Below, piece by piece: positions 53,116 to 64,000 of a DNA stretch of 64,000 nucleotides; the first letter of the stretch is position 1, and the number at the start of each line of letters is the position of its first letter. A program made the translations under genes and the position numbers. The stretch is from Obrimoposthia wandeli (taxonomy: Eukaryota). Below the pieces are notes generated by a model, which saw only the letters and a program-made list of their open reading frames with translations, was not told where the DNA came from and made no database searches. The stretch is from positions 1-64,000 of the forward strand of contig CDROCS010005166.1 in NCBI GenBank assembly GCA_977020255.1, given 5' to 3'.

Positions 53116-53508
53116 AATTCAAAAAACAGTACAATTCAGTACTCAAAACCAATCATGTATAGTATACACACTTTTGAAAATACAGATAAAACTCTACATA
53201 CGGACGAAGTTTCAATGTTAAAATTAAGACTTAAAGTAATGGATAATCAATACATAGAAATACAGCAACAATATCATAATAATGAACACATTCAGATAGA
53301 ATAAACTCACAATCCAATTGTGGATTCATGTTTAGAGACAGTTGTCTAGCATTAAAAAAGGTATACATAAAATTACTAAAACAAATTAAACTACTCAAAC
53401 ACAAAATAAGAAATCAATAAACAAGAAGAAACGAAAAAGATCAAAAAGTCACAAATTAAAAATATTAAAAAATGCATACTATTTCAACATACAAAACATA
53501 CAAAACTT

Positions 53509-54725
53509 ATGGAAAATAATTCAAGTACTATTTACAATTTGTTTATTTATAAATATAATAAAACCAATTAATGCTTTAGAAGCATATGGATGCTCAATAT
53601 ATAAATTACAAAATAAATATTTCTTAATGGATTTGCAACATTGTGCACACTGACTTAAACAAAGTAAAAATTAAAAATACAAAATTAAATCAAATATACC
53701 AATAAACAGACTTTATAAATGCTGAATTTTTGAATGTAGAGTAGACGTAGATACTTTATAACATATTGTGGACAAAATAGTTACAAGTGAATTGTAAAAC
53801 GTGCATTAGGAAAAACGCCAGTAATAGTTGAAATAATAAATTGTAAAGATGCTTTCACTACAGGAGAATTGAGAATAAATAGAGAAATCAAAGTTCGAGT
53901 AACAAAAAATAAAATAATTCAACAAATTATAACAGTTGTAGGTACAGATTAAGTCTAACGGTGAATATACAACTGGAACATACATCGTAATGGGAGTTAA
54001 GAAAAGTGGTTTAGTAGTCATTAAAAACTTTGAAGTCGAAATAAGAACTTTCAAAGCAATATTCGACGCTTCTAAAAACAACATGGTACCAATTCCGAAG
54101 CTAATATAGGTCACTGTTTTTCAATACTTTACTACAAAGTAAAAATGGATCAATGCAAATTAATACAACTAAAATCAGAAATAATTAAAGGACAAAGATT
54201 TAGAGACGATCTAGATCTAGACCAACGAATTCCAAAAGACATACACAAAATATAGAGAACTAGAAAAATTCTGCTATTTTAATGTCAACTGAACATGGTC
54301 CAGGAATGATATTTATTAAAAAGAAAAAGGGATCCCGTTGTGGAAACCCTGTTTATACAACTAATTATAAAGGATTCTATTTAAGTAACGAAAGATTACA
54401 TAATGCTAAAACTATACCAACCAAATTTGACGTAAAAAATTATGATTATTTTAACAATAAATTAGATTATTTTTACCATAAAGAGTTAATGACAATAGAA
54501 GCAATACATCGAGAAACAATAATGAATTATTGTAGATTAAATCTAGAAATTTTAAGTAAAATTGGTAATTATTGCTACTAATCCTGAATTAATAACACCA
54601 TTATTACCCTTAGCAGATGATACTTTTGGAAGAGTAATGACTCATTACTAATGAGTGAAGTATTATATACTTATCAATTTCATAAAGTAATAGTTAACAT
54701 AAGAAATCACAAAAAATGCACTAAA
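53509..54725 (+). pseudogene. Chuvirus-type / gB-like class III viral fusion glycoprotein pseudogene (env-like)
   Basis: hydrophobic start, ALEAYGCS, (C)RVDVDT..TYCGQNS, CKDAFTTG, RCGNPVYTT, YFNNKLDY, YCRL, EVLYTYQ..KV.V.IR..KKC. Confidence 0.65.
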
Positions 54726-54789
54726 AGTAGGTAGAAGGATGGAGTCTAGATCACTTGATTCCCCCTGTGTGCACACACAATGTTAAAGG

Positions 54790-55190
54790 GTGTCACACCA
54801 TAAGGGTATATGTTGCCTCACCATAGGGGTATCACACCATACGGGTATATGTTGCCTCTCAATAAGGATGTCACACCATAAATGTGTCTTGCCACACCAT
54901 AAGGGTCTGGCTCAGAAAGGTTATAAAGGTTTTAAGGTATGTTTGTGACCCTCTATGGTCGTCTATAGATGAAAGGGTCGGGCTCAGTTTTGAATTGAAG
55001 ATTTGAAGGTATGGTCATGACCATCTATAGTCGGCCAACATGTCCAAGGGTTTGTAATCGTCCATAGATGAAAAGGTCGGGGTCAGTTTTGACTTGAAGA
55101 TTTGAAGGTATAATTGAGGTCAACTATGCTTGGCCATCACATCTAAAGGGTTGTGGTCGTCCATAAATCAAGGGGTCGGGCTAAAAACAA
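54790..55190. repeat. Tandem repeats: about 39-bp units (tcacaccataagggtatatgttgcc) then about 100-bp units (ggtcggg.tcagttttga.ttgaagatttgaaggta)
   Basis: ggtcggg anchors near 54976, 55075 and 55175. Confidence 0.8.
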
Positions 55191-56329
55191 AATCAAGTTT
55201 AAAATATCAAGGTTTTTAAAATAAATATTAAGGAAAAATGTTTAATAAACTCAAAAAACTTTACTAACATTATGATGAAAAAAAAATTTTTTTTCAATTT
55301 CAATTTGTGCAAAAATTAATTTTTTAGTTTTTGTTAAAGTAAAACCAATTTTAATTTAACGGATTTTTTAAAAATAAAATATTAAAGTATAGTTTATTTT
55401 AAATAAATATTAAGCAAAAAAAGAATTTTACATCAAAATTTCTTAAAAATTTTATATTGAAATGTAATTTCTTTAAAAATATTAAAAGAAACTAAGAAAA
55501 ATGTTTAATCAAAACTAATAAAAAAAATTGTGAATATTTAAATATACGCAAAGTTTTTATTGTTTTTATTGATGTAATTAAACAAATTTGATTTTAAAAC
55601 ATTAATATCAAAATGAATTTAATCGAATAAAAGAATAATATATATATAATTTATTGAAATTATAAAATTGCAATAATCAACCATGTTTAATAAATAATCA
55701 ACCTACTGTAAGTATTTTCATATTATCTATTGACGTATATCCGAAAGATCAATATAACTATTATCAAAACTGATTGAAACTTTAAAAATATCTTTAAAAT
55801 TTGGGCGTTTTATTATTTATAATTAATGTATTAAAACAATGCCAAGAATTTTATATTTCAAATGTATTGCTATTCATATTAATTTTAAATTATTATTAAA
55901 TAAATAAAACATCAAACAACATTTATTTTGAAATACGTTTTATTTTAAAATATTATATTGAAGTAAAACCTTTTTCAGAAATCATGTATATTTCAGGATT
56001 CTGCATCAGTTCAACCTTATGATTTAACATTAGCACTTGCGCAGCTCAACCCAGGAATGCTTAAATGTTAAGTGGTTCTAAACCATCTTTGATGAGAGTT
56101 TTTCTTCTGAATGTTTGAGGTCAACTGTTATTCAAATGTTATTCAAAGTTATTAAAAGTTTTGTTTATAAATTAGAATACCAAATCTTTAATTATATTAT
56201 TTTATATGTAAATAAATCAAATTATGTACATATTCGATTATCAACTTAGTATTTCTATTTATTATTCGACTTTCTAAAAAAATAATTAAAATGTCTTGTA
56301 AGAACACATAAAATAAATTATCGATTGTA

Positions 56330-57120
56330 TGAATTAATACAAGTGTAAATGTAAATAAAGCAAGTACAATAAACAATGAATGCAAGTACAAGTAAGAAAG
56401 AATACTATTGCAAGTACGAATGTCAAGTATGAATGAAAATTAGTAAAAATATTAATGAATTTAAGTGCTAGTTTGAATAAATGAGAGTTAGAATGAATGT
56501 AAATGAATACAAGTATGAATGCAAGTGAATGCAAATACAAGTAAAAGTCTTAGCAAGTGATTGTATTTGAAAAAAATATTATGAGCGTCAAGAGTATGAT
56601 TGAATGCGAGTGTAATTTAGACTATAAGTAAATTAAAATAGAGTTTTCGTACGAATAAAAGTTATATTAAATGACAGTTAGATTAATAACAAGTAAGCAA
56701 CTATAAGAAGCAGCGATACTGAATTTTGTTAAAAGTTAGAACGACTAAGTTACAGCGAGATTAATAGAAAACAACACTAAGTTTGACGGTATGAATGAAA
56801 ATGAGCAAAAATATTAATGTATTTGAATGATAATTTGAATAAATGATAGTTAGATTGAATGTAAATGAATGTACGTATGAATGAATGCAGCTACAAGTAC
56901 AAGTAAGAAAGAATACGTTTGCAAGTATGAATGTCAAATACAAGTACGAATGTCAAATACAAGTATGAATGAAAATTAGTAAAAATCTTAATGAATTTAA
57001 ATGCTAGTTTGAATAATGAGAGTTATAATGAATGTAAATGAATGCAAGTATGAATGCAAGTGAATACGAATACAAGTAAGAGTCTTTGCAAGTGAATGTA
57101 AACTATAAGTGAGTACTAGC
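56330..57120. repeat. Degenerate duplicated minisatellite-like block (gaatgcaagtacaagt / tgaaaattagtaaaaatattaatgaattt)
   Basis: segments at about 56430-56550, 56790-56880 and 56960-57090 are similar to each other. Confidence 0.8.
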
Positions 57121-58209
57121 TAATTATTAAATTAATACTATCAATCAACGAAGATGATGTAACAATCTGATGAAATTATAATAATTAAGATGTGAATTTT
57201 CATATTTTATTTTCACGTATTTTACCTTAAAGTACTTGTTCTAAAGTTATCAGTTCATACACACTCACGCAATTAAATAATTAAAATCGTTTGATAACAT
57301 TCCTTGATTTAAATATTTTTAAATAATTAGATAAATTAAATTTTTTTATTTTCAAATAATTTGATTATACAAATATATTCATAAATATAATTTGAAATTA
57401 TCATTATTCGTTTCTCTTTTTAACTATTTGAAAATATATTTATATATACAAATTTAGTTTAATGGTTTAAAATGATACTAAGTGGTAACAAGAGTAACTA
57501 AAAAGTTAGTAATATCGAATGTGTAAATGAACTAGAGTTATAGAGTTTGACTGAAATTGTAACTGAGGACGTTAATTAGTATAATAATAATCTTCACACA
57601 AAATATATATATTTAAATTACTTGATTTTTTTGCCATTGTCTTATTAATATAATATGAATATTCAATTTATTTCTTTAAAAATTCATTTTATATATTAAA
57701 CAATATTTCTTTACCACATTATTGTGGTTTTTTATCAAGTGATTTTATCTTTAAACTATAAAACTATTTTAACTATAAAGTTAGTAGCTGTACAGCGCCG
57801 ACTGCATATAATATTTATATTTCAAACAGAAGTTATTATTAAATTTATTCTTTTAAATATTAAAAGTTCTTTCGAGATATTTAATTTTGTTTACTAAACA
57901 TTCGAAAATTGCTTGTAAACATAATATATTTTTGAATATATTTAGTTTAATATGTTGTAAGTTATTATTGTAATATTCCATTACATAAAAAGTAATTGAT
58001 AGATTTATATCGTTTACAATAAACTGAAAAATATATACATAGTTGTAAGCAAATCAGTAATAATTGATTTAAACTATATTAACCTTGTTTAATTTCGAGT
58101 ATATTATATTCTTAGACTTAAATATGCAAATTTCAGTTATGAGTTGTTCAACTATGAATATTTTTAACTTATTTCATGATTTACAACTAAAAATTTCAAA
58201 TAGTTAATC

Positions 58210-59768
58210 ATAATTTCAACAGGAGAATGACTATATCAATTTAACGTTTTGCCATTTGGATTAACCGGTGCTCTAGAAACATTTCAAATATGTATGAGTC
58301 ATATTTCAATGAACGCAGAAAATGTGATGGTGAATATTGACAACATTCTTATTTTCTCGAAAACATTTGAAGAACATTTAAAAGATTTGGAAAACGTTTC
58401 TATAAGATTAAAAGTAGCAGGATTAAAATGTAATCCAAAAAAGTGTGAATTGATAAAAGACAAAGAAAATTATCTAGGCCACGTATTATCAGCAAAAAAA
58501 CACAACCAGATGAGAGTAATGTAGAAAAAATAAGAAATTTTACAATCCCAAATTCTGTAAAAATTTACAAAATATTTTTAGGACTTGCTGGATATTATCA
58601 TAGATTTATTAGAAAATTTGCACAAATAGCACCATTTCTAAATAAACTTGTTAAAAGAGATGAAAAATTTGAATGGGAAAAAGAACAACAAGAATCGTAC
58701 GAATTTTTAGAACAGCAATTAATTTAAAAACCTTTACTCCAATATCCTAATTTTAATAATTTATTTTTAGTAGTGACTGATGCCAGTGGTTATGCATTAG
58801 GATCAGTTTTAGAACAACACGATAATAATGAGAAAGATCATGTTATAGCATACGCAAGTAGAGGTCTCAACATGAAATAAACTACTCAACAATAGAAAAA
58901 GAGCGTTTAGCCATCTGTTTTATAATCGAACATTTCAAACATTATTTATTAGGTTGAAAAGTTTATGTTTATACTGATCAAAGACCCCTACAAAATCATA
59001 AAAATACGACATATAGATTAATGAGATGGGCATTGATATTACAAAAATATGATATTGAAATAAAATATAGAAAAGGCAAATCAAACGCTAACGCAGATTG
59101 TCTATCTGGAATAAGAGAAGAATAAAATATTATTTCTTCCAACAATACTAAATTAAATCTTTTTCACAACAATTAAAGCTAAATATGATGAAATAGTAAT
59201 TTCTGAATTTCAAAGTAAAGATGCTGAAATTCAACAAATAACTAAATATATTAGAATAAACCTAATACCAACAAATGAAAAACTAAAAAAAAACATTTAA
59301 AAATTAATGAATCACGATACAAATATAGTAATAAAAATATTATTTAAATGACAAAATTTTGTATTCACTGGAAATTCCTAAAACAATGCAGTGTCAATTC
59401 CTTTTTCAATAGCATAATGGAATCCTTGGAGGACATTTATCATCAAAATATACACATTCACGATTATACCTAAAATATTATTGGATCAACATGAAATAAG
59501 ATGTAAAAAAATTGTTGTAGAACATGTGAAGTATGTCTTTAACAGAAAAATACCAAAAAGATTCCTTTCAAACCAAAACTTTATACATCGAACCGTTGTA
59601 TTGGATATAATGGGGCCATTACCTGAAACACCCCATAGAATTTTCCGATTATTTTACAAGATGGCCAAAGGCTTTTCCTACAATAAATATTAAGGCTGAA
59701 ACCATCGTGAAGGTTTTTGTCGAAAAGATCATTTTTTAATTTTTACCCGAAAGTTATTAACGGACAAA
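58210..59768 (+). mobile_element. Gypsy pol pseudogene (RT, RNase H, integrase), truncated at 59768
   Basis: YQFNVLPFGL, NIDNILIFS (YxDD degenerate), [32 protein letters not shown]. Confidence 0.92.
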
Positions 59769-60240
59769 AGTAGTATATAGTGTCGGTTATAAACCAAATG
59801 ATTAAAGCCCCACCCCCGAAGGAGGCTTTTCTTTTGATTTAGTACCAACAATATAGTGCCTAAAATGTCTCTATATAGTCATTTTTAGACAGAATGTCGT
59901 TAAAATGTCTAAAAATGGTTTAAATTAGCTTAAATTGACTCATCAAGTCTCAAAATCCTGCATACAACACCAAGTCAGGTCTGGTGTTGTATACAGGATT
60001 TCGAGACTTGACAAATCACGCATACTTCGCCAACGGTAATAGGTCCCGCTCAGGGGGGTACCCTTTACTGCAAAACCATTTTTAGTGTTGTATGCATGAT
60101 TTCAAGACCATTTTAAAATATCGCACTATATATCTTACCGTTTAAAACAAAAGTAGATTAAGTAGATTTTAAGTGACCAAAGTCTCCTTTGCGGAGCCTC
60201 CTAAGAGAGGAAGACCGGGCAGCACCTTTGGCAAAGATTA
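59769..60240. mobile_element. Putative Polinton/Maverick-like terminus with multiple hairpins
   Basis: starts AGTAGT where the integrase stops; 30-bp stem at 59943-60011 and 12-bp stem near 59880-59917. Confidence 0.5.
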
Positions 60241-60346
60241 TATATTTATATTACTTTTGTTTATAGTAAACCTTGAAAAAGACAAATAATAAAATCAATT
60301 AATTATTTATTCATATGATAAATAACATTAAAATAAAATCAATTAA

Positions 60347-60880
60347 TTATTTATTCATATGATAAATAACATTAAACTTTCTTATGTCCTTCAGTAATTC
60401 TCCAAATAGGCTTCTGTCTCCCAAGTCTATCGACTTTGAATCCTTGAATTTGAATAAATAAAATCCAATATTTGCTTTTGGAAATTCTTCTTCAGAGTAA
60501 GTAAATATTCCTTTAAACAGATGTTCATCAGCTTTAATAAAAACACTAAAGTTTTCAATTTTGATATCTAATTTTTTTCTTCTAAACATAGAATTGATAT
60601 TATTAATATCATTTTAATGGATCCTTGAGATTACATAGTCAAACTTGGACTTTGTTAGCATAACAGGGTATTTTAGTCCGAAGGTAACAGGCATCTTGAG
60701 ATAATTCATTGTATAACTGAAATAATGTACAGATTCTTTGAATAGGTTTTCTGTTTCTCCATTAAAAATATCCTCTAATTCTGTATCATCAGAATCTATC
60801 TGTACAACTTTGCTTGTATTTAAAATTTCATTCTTCCTCTTCTTTGTGCTCTTCAAAATCGGTTTTTGAAAATTGAACAT
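60347..60880 (-). pseudogene. Intronless hypothetical ORF pair (88 and 80 aa), probably one broken virus-like gene
   Basis: adjacent same-strand ORFs with protein-like composition; no family recognised. Confidence 0.35.
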
Positions 60881-61004
60881 GATGAATGAGAGTAAACTGA
60901 AATGTTTCAGTAGTTATAGTTGACTACTTGAATCTGATTGGTTGATTCGCACTGGATAATATGAAACTATATATATTTGTGACACCATCAATTATTATCA
61001 CATA

Positions 61005-61134
61005 ATGAAAATAATCAATATAAATTATAAAGGTAAATTTAAGAGAAGTGTTAGTCACTTACCTTTTCGATCAAAGAAACCTATACAATATGTTGAAAAG
61101 TTAAAGGATTATACTATAGTTATATTTCCAACAG

Positions 61135-61199
<65 letters not shown>

Positions 61200-61235
61200 A
61201 TTTAGGCTCATGCAGAATTATGGGTTGCAAACAAT
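61005..61235 (+). CDS. TBP-fold-like ORF interrupted by a 71-nt (ATT)n GT-AG intron, truncated
   Basis: spliced VIFPTGSCRIMG matches the spacing of the TBP LIFSSGKxxxTG strand motif; N-terminal IININYKG. Confidence 0.5.
61137..61197. repeat. (ATT)n microsatellite
   Basis: about 20 units. Confidence 0.95.
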
Positions 61236-61269
61236 TAAATAATTAAATATTTATTGAAACCAAAATAAT

Positions 61270-62290
61270 ACTGAAAGATTTTTATTGTTTGAAAAAATAT
61301 TTAAGCAAAGAAGTTTGACTGATTTCTTGACTGATAGTCTTTAATTTAAATTCATCAGACGCTTTGTCACCTAACAAAAGATTCAGACGATCTTTTGCAA
61401 TTTTATACCCTGGTTGTGCTTCTTCTTTTTTGCTAAATAGTAGGCATTTCTTCCAAAACAATCCTGTTTTATCCACATTAAATATTTGATGATCACTGTA
61501 ATTACCATCTTCAATATTTTTTTAAATTCATCAGGATATTTTGTGGCCGCTTCTACATCAGCACTAGAACTTTCATTAACAATTCTAACATTATGAATTT
61601 TTGTACGTTCTTTAAAACAATTGAACCAACCGCCGCTCGCATTAAAATATTTTTCTTCATTTGTTTCTTCATTTGTAGTCGTAGAGGTCTCTTCATTTTC
61701 ATTTTGAGTGGTAGCTGCGCTAAAATGACTTCTTGCTTTTTCTTGAATAATAAGTTGACTGAATGGAATTTTTTTATCATTACAATCTTCAATCAAGATT
61801 AATAACAGTCGGTGCATATTCAACATGTTTTTGTCTCTATTTTTTGCAATTCTTTTCGACATGTACGATGCAGTAACAATTCTATGATCTTTATATTGTT
61901 GTTTCTTCTTTACAATGGCACGCACAGATGACTCATTTATTTTATAATCGAGTGCAATTTTAGCCAATGATGCACCATCTTCATGTCACTTTATAATATC
62001 TAGTTTATTTTCTAATGTTAGCCACTGTCGTTTGTTTGGACCAACATTGTCTGTGCTTCCTTTTGTTTGACTTGACATTTCAATACAATCTGTTTTAATA
62101 ATAGTATTCTGCACTTTTGACTCGGAAAAATATCAGATGAAAGAATAATTTCTAAAATGTGAGTTTTAAGAATATTATAGATAGATATTGAAATCAATTT
62201 TGATATTTTTAAAGGATTCAATATGGTTTTATTCTATATTTTATTTATTTACTAATATTTTACGAAATCCGCACTATAGTGAAACCTGTA
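61270..62290 (-). mobile_element. Tigger/TIGD1-like pogo transposase pseudogene, 3' truncated
   Basis: KIALDYKINESSVRAIV, FNASGGWFNCFKER, NVDKTGLFWKK; TIR-like end near 62270-62290. Confidence 0.88.
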
Positions 62291-62396
62291 CTGTTAGGGG
62301 TATTAGTGTATAATAATAATTTAATAAATACAAGTATCTGTATATGTATTTATAAATCTAAATATAATGAAGGTAAAGAATTTTTTCTGAAATGAT

Positions 62397-62774
62397 TTGT
62401 GTGCAATTATATGGGTTTATGTCTATCCTAAACAACCTGATTTTTTTAGTGTTATCATATATGTCAGTTACCCTCAAAATACAAGGGACCAATTTGTTAG
62501 AATCGTAGACCTAGGTGTATCTATCGAAATCAGAACTGATCTACACCATATCCATCCAAAAAATAGGGCTAAAAACATATTAAAATATTTCGGAGAGAAA
62601 ACACAGAAACTTCACATCTGCCGGGAAGACGCTAAAAATATTAAACGGATATTCGATAAGCGGAGAGATCTACTGGTAAAGGAATTCCGTCTGGATGATT
62701 TGTTGAGTGCTCCACAGGTTATTTCAGACTCCGTCTCCGATGACTGCATGACTTTAGCCAACTCTCAATTTTGA
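62397..62774 (+). CDS. Hypothetical 125-codon ORF, unknown family
   Basis: open frame with higher GC than its flanks; no recognisable motif. Confidence 0.3.
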   Translation: MCAIIWVYVYPKQPDFFSVIIYVSYPQNTRDQFVRIVDLGVSIEIRTDLHHIHPKNRAKNILKYFGEKTQKLHICREDAKNIKRIFDKRRDLLVKEFRLDDLLSAPQVISDSVSDDCMTLANSQF

Positions 62775-64000
62775 AGTTAATATTAATGTTACATTATTTA
62801 GAAATATTTATTGTTTTGCATATAATAGTATTTTCTGACGTCAGAAACTTTTATAACTCGGACGATTTTTGAGAATGTCAATTTTCTACCAATCTCTGTA
62901 TAGTCTCAGTCAGTTTCACACACAAACCGATACTTCCACTCTCCTGTCTCTCTTCCCATCTCGCTCAGTAACAGCTGTAACAATGAGTCTACCCTCTTTC
63001 ATAAAAGAGCTAGTGTGTCATGGTGCATCCCTGTGACTTAATTATCTCTACGTCACTAAGTCACAGTAGCCTCTTCCTCTATGTGTGTGTTCACCGTTCG
63101 GATATTTGTGAAGTGTGTTGAGGATCTTCTTTAGCGCTGCCATTGCTTGTGTGTTGCATTTGATACTAAGTGAGGTGCAGTCATATTTAACACTGTACTG
63201 AGTGACCTGAAGGCACAATTTCACTTAATACAAAAAAACTCATTTTGACAATTTTTTATGGACTTAAATTAAAAGAAATCTAATTTAGTCAAATTATTTC
63301 ATATTATTTATCCTTCGAATCATAATTTACCAATTACAAGACGAAAGTTTATGATCTAAACAAAGACAATATAGTCGAATTATTCAATGAAGTTATTATT
63401 GATTCTTCGAAATATGGTAACATTATTACTGTCATTACAGAAAAAAAGATTATTGTTTACTATTGTTGTTTTTCATTTAATTATTAAAACAATAAAATTT
63501 CTGATCATTATTTTTTTTAGTGCTGAAAATATAATTTTAGCTGATCATAATTGTTGCTGAATTTTTTGCTATTGAATTAGTTCGAAATGATTATCTATTA
63601 AAAAAATAAAACAATATTATTTCTAAGTTGATATTCGTTGGAAATGTGTGTTTGTTCATTATAACAATTTCATTTTTCTAATGACCAAAACTATTAATTT
63701 TCTTCCATTTGGGTACACTTTTGACTGACATACCCCTCTTGTTCACGTTTAAAATTTCCTTTCTTGTGTCCTTACTGATCTTACTGACACCATCAGAAAC
63801 AGATTGTTGACAGTTTTGACCAAAGTGTGTGTTCGGTATACAGTAATTATTCACCTGTAAGGGTATTCATTAAAACGTGTTTTTGAGAGAGACCGACACC
63901 GAATCACTTATAGATGCATTATTTAAAAGTCTCACCTGTAAGAGTACAGTCGAATATTCAAACAAGAACTTAAAATCCTGAAAAGATGTTTACTTACATT

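Noticed and set aside
56197-56943. Hydrophobic minus-strand ORFs (MYLHSL...)
   Set aside because: Translations of the low-complexity duplicated repeat block.
61135-61205. Poly-Ile transmembrane tail in ORF 61005-61205
   Set aside because: Produced by the (ATT)n microsatellite; better explained as an intron or insertion.

Overview
AT-rich metazoan (invertebrate-like) genomic DNA; the host cannot be identified from sequence alone. All motif matches were made by eye against remembered family motifs, with no database search. The left 35.5 kb holds about 22 minus-strand exons (about 2,815 codons, splice phases consistent throughout) of a divergent BIRC6/Bruce/Apollon homolog. Its N-terminal BIR/WD40 exons and C-terminal UBC exons were not found in the window. 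Introns and flanks are dense with degraded mobile DNA: Maverick/Polinton remnants (integrase, penton, major capsid, pPolB), Tc1, several pogo/Tigger elements, piggyBac, an R2/NeSL-type REL retroposon and Gypsy fragments, plus a 196-bp satellite. The most unusual items are four. (1) A degraded RT-RNase H element whose RNase H motifs resemble hepadnavirus/HEART polymerases, with an inverted second copy (40.6-42.6 kb). (2) A Gypsy-like gag directly followed by a chuvirus-type (gB-like, class III) glycoprotein pseudogene (52.2-54.7 kb). (3) A TBP-fold ORF whose conserved motif is restored only by splicing out a 71-nt GT-AG intron made almost entirely of (ATT)n (61.0-61.2 kb). (4) A hairpin-rich, AGTAGT-starting, Polinton-like terminus that interrupts a Gypsy integrase (59.8 kb).
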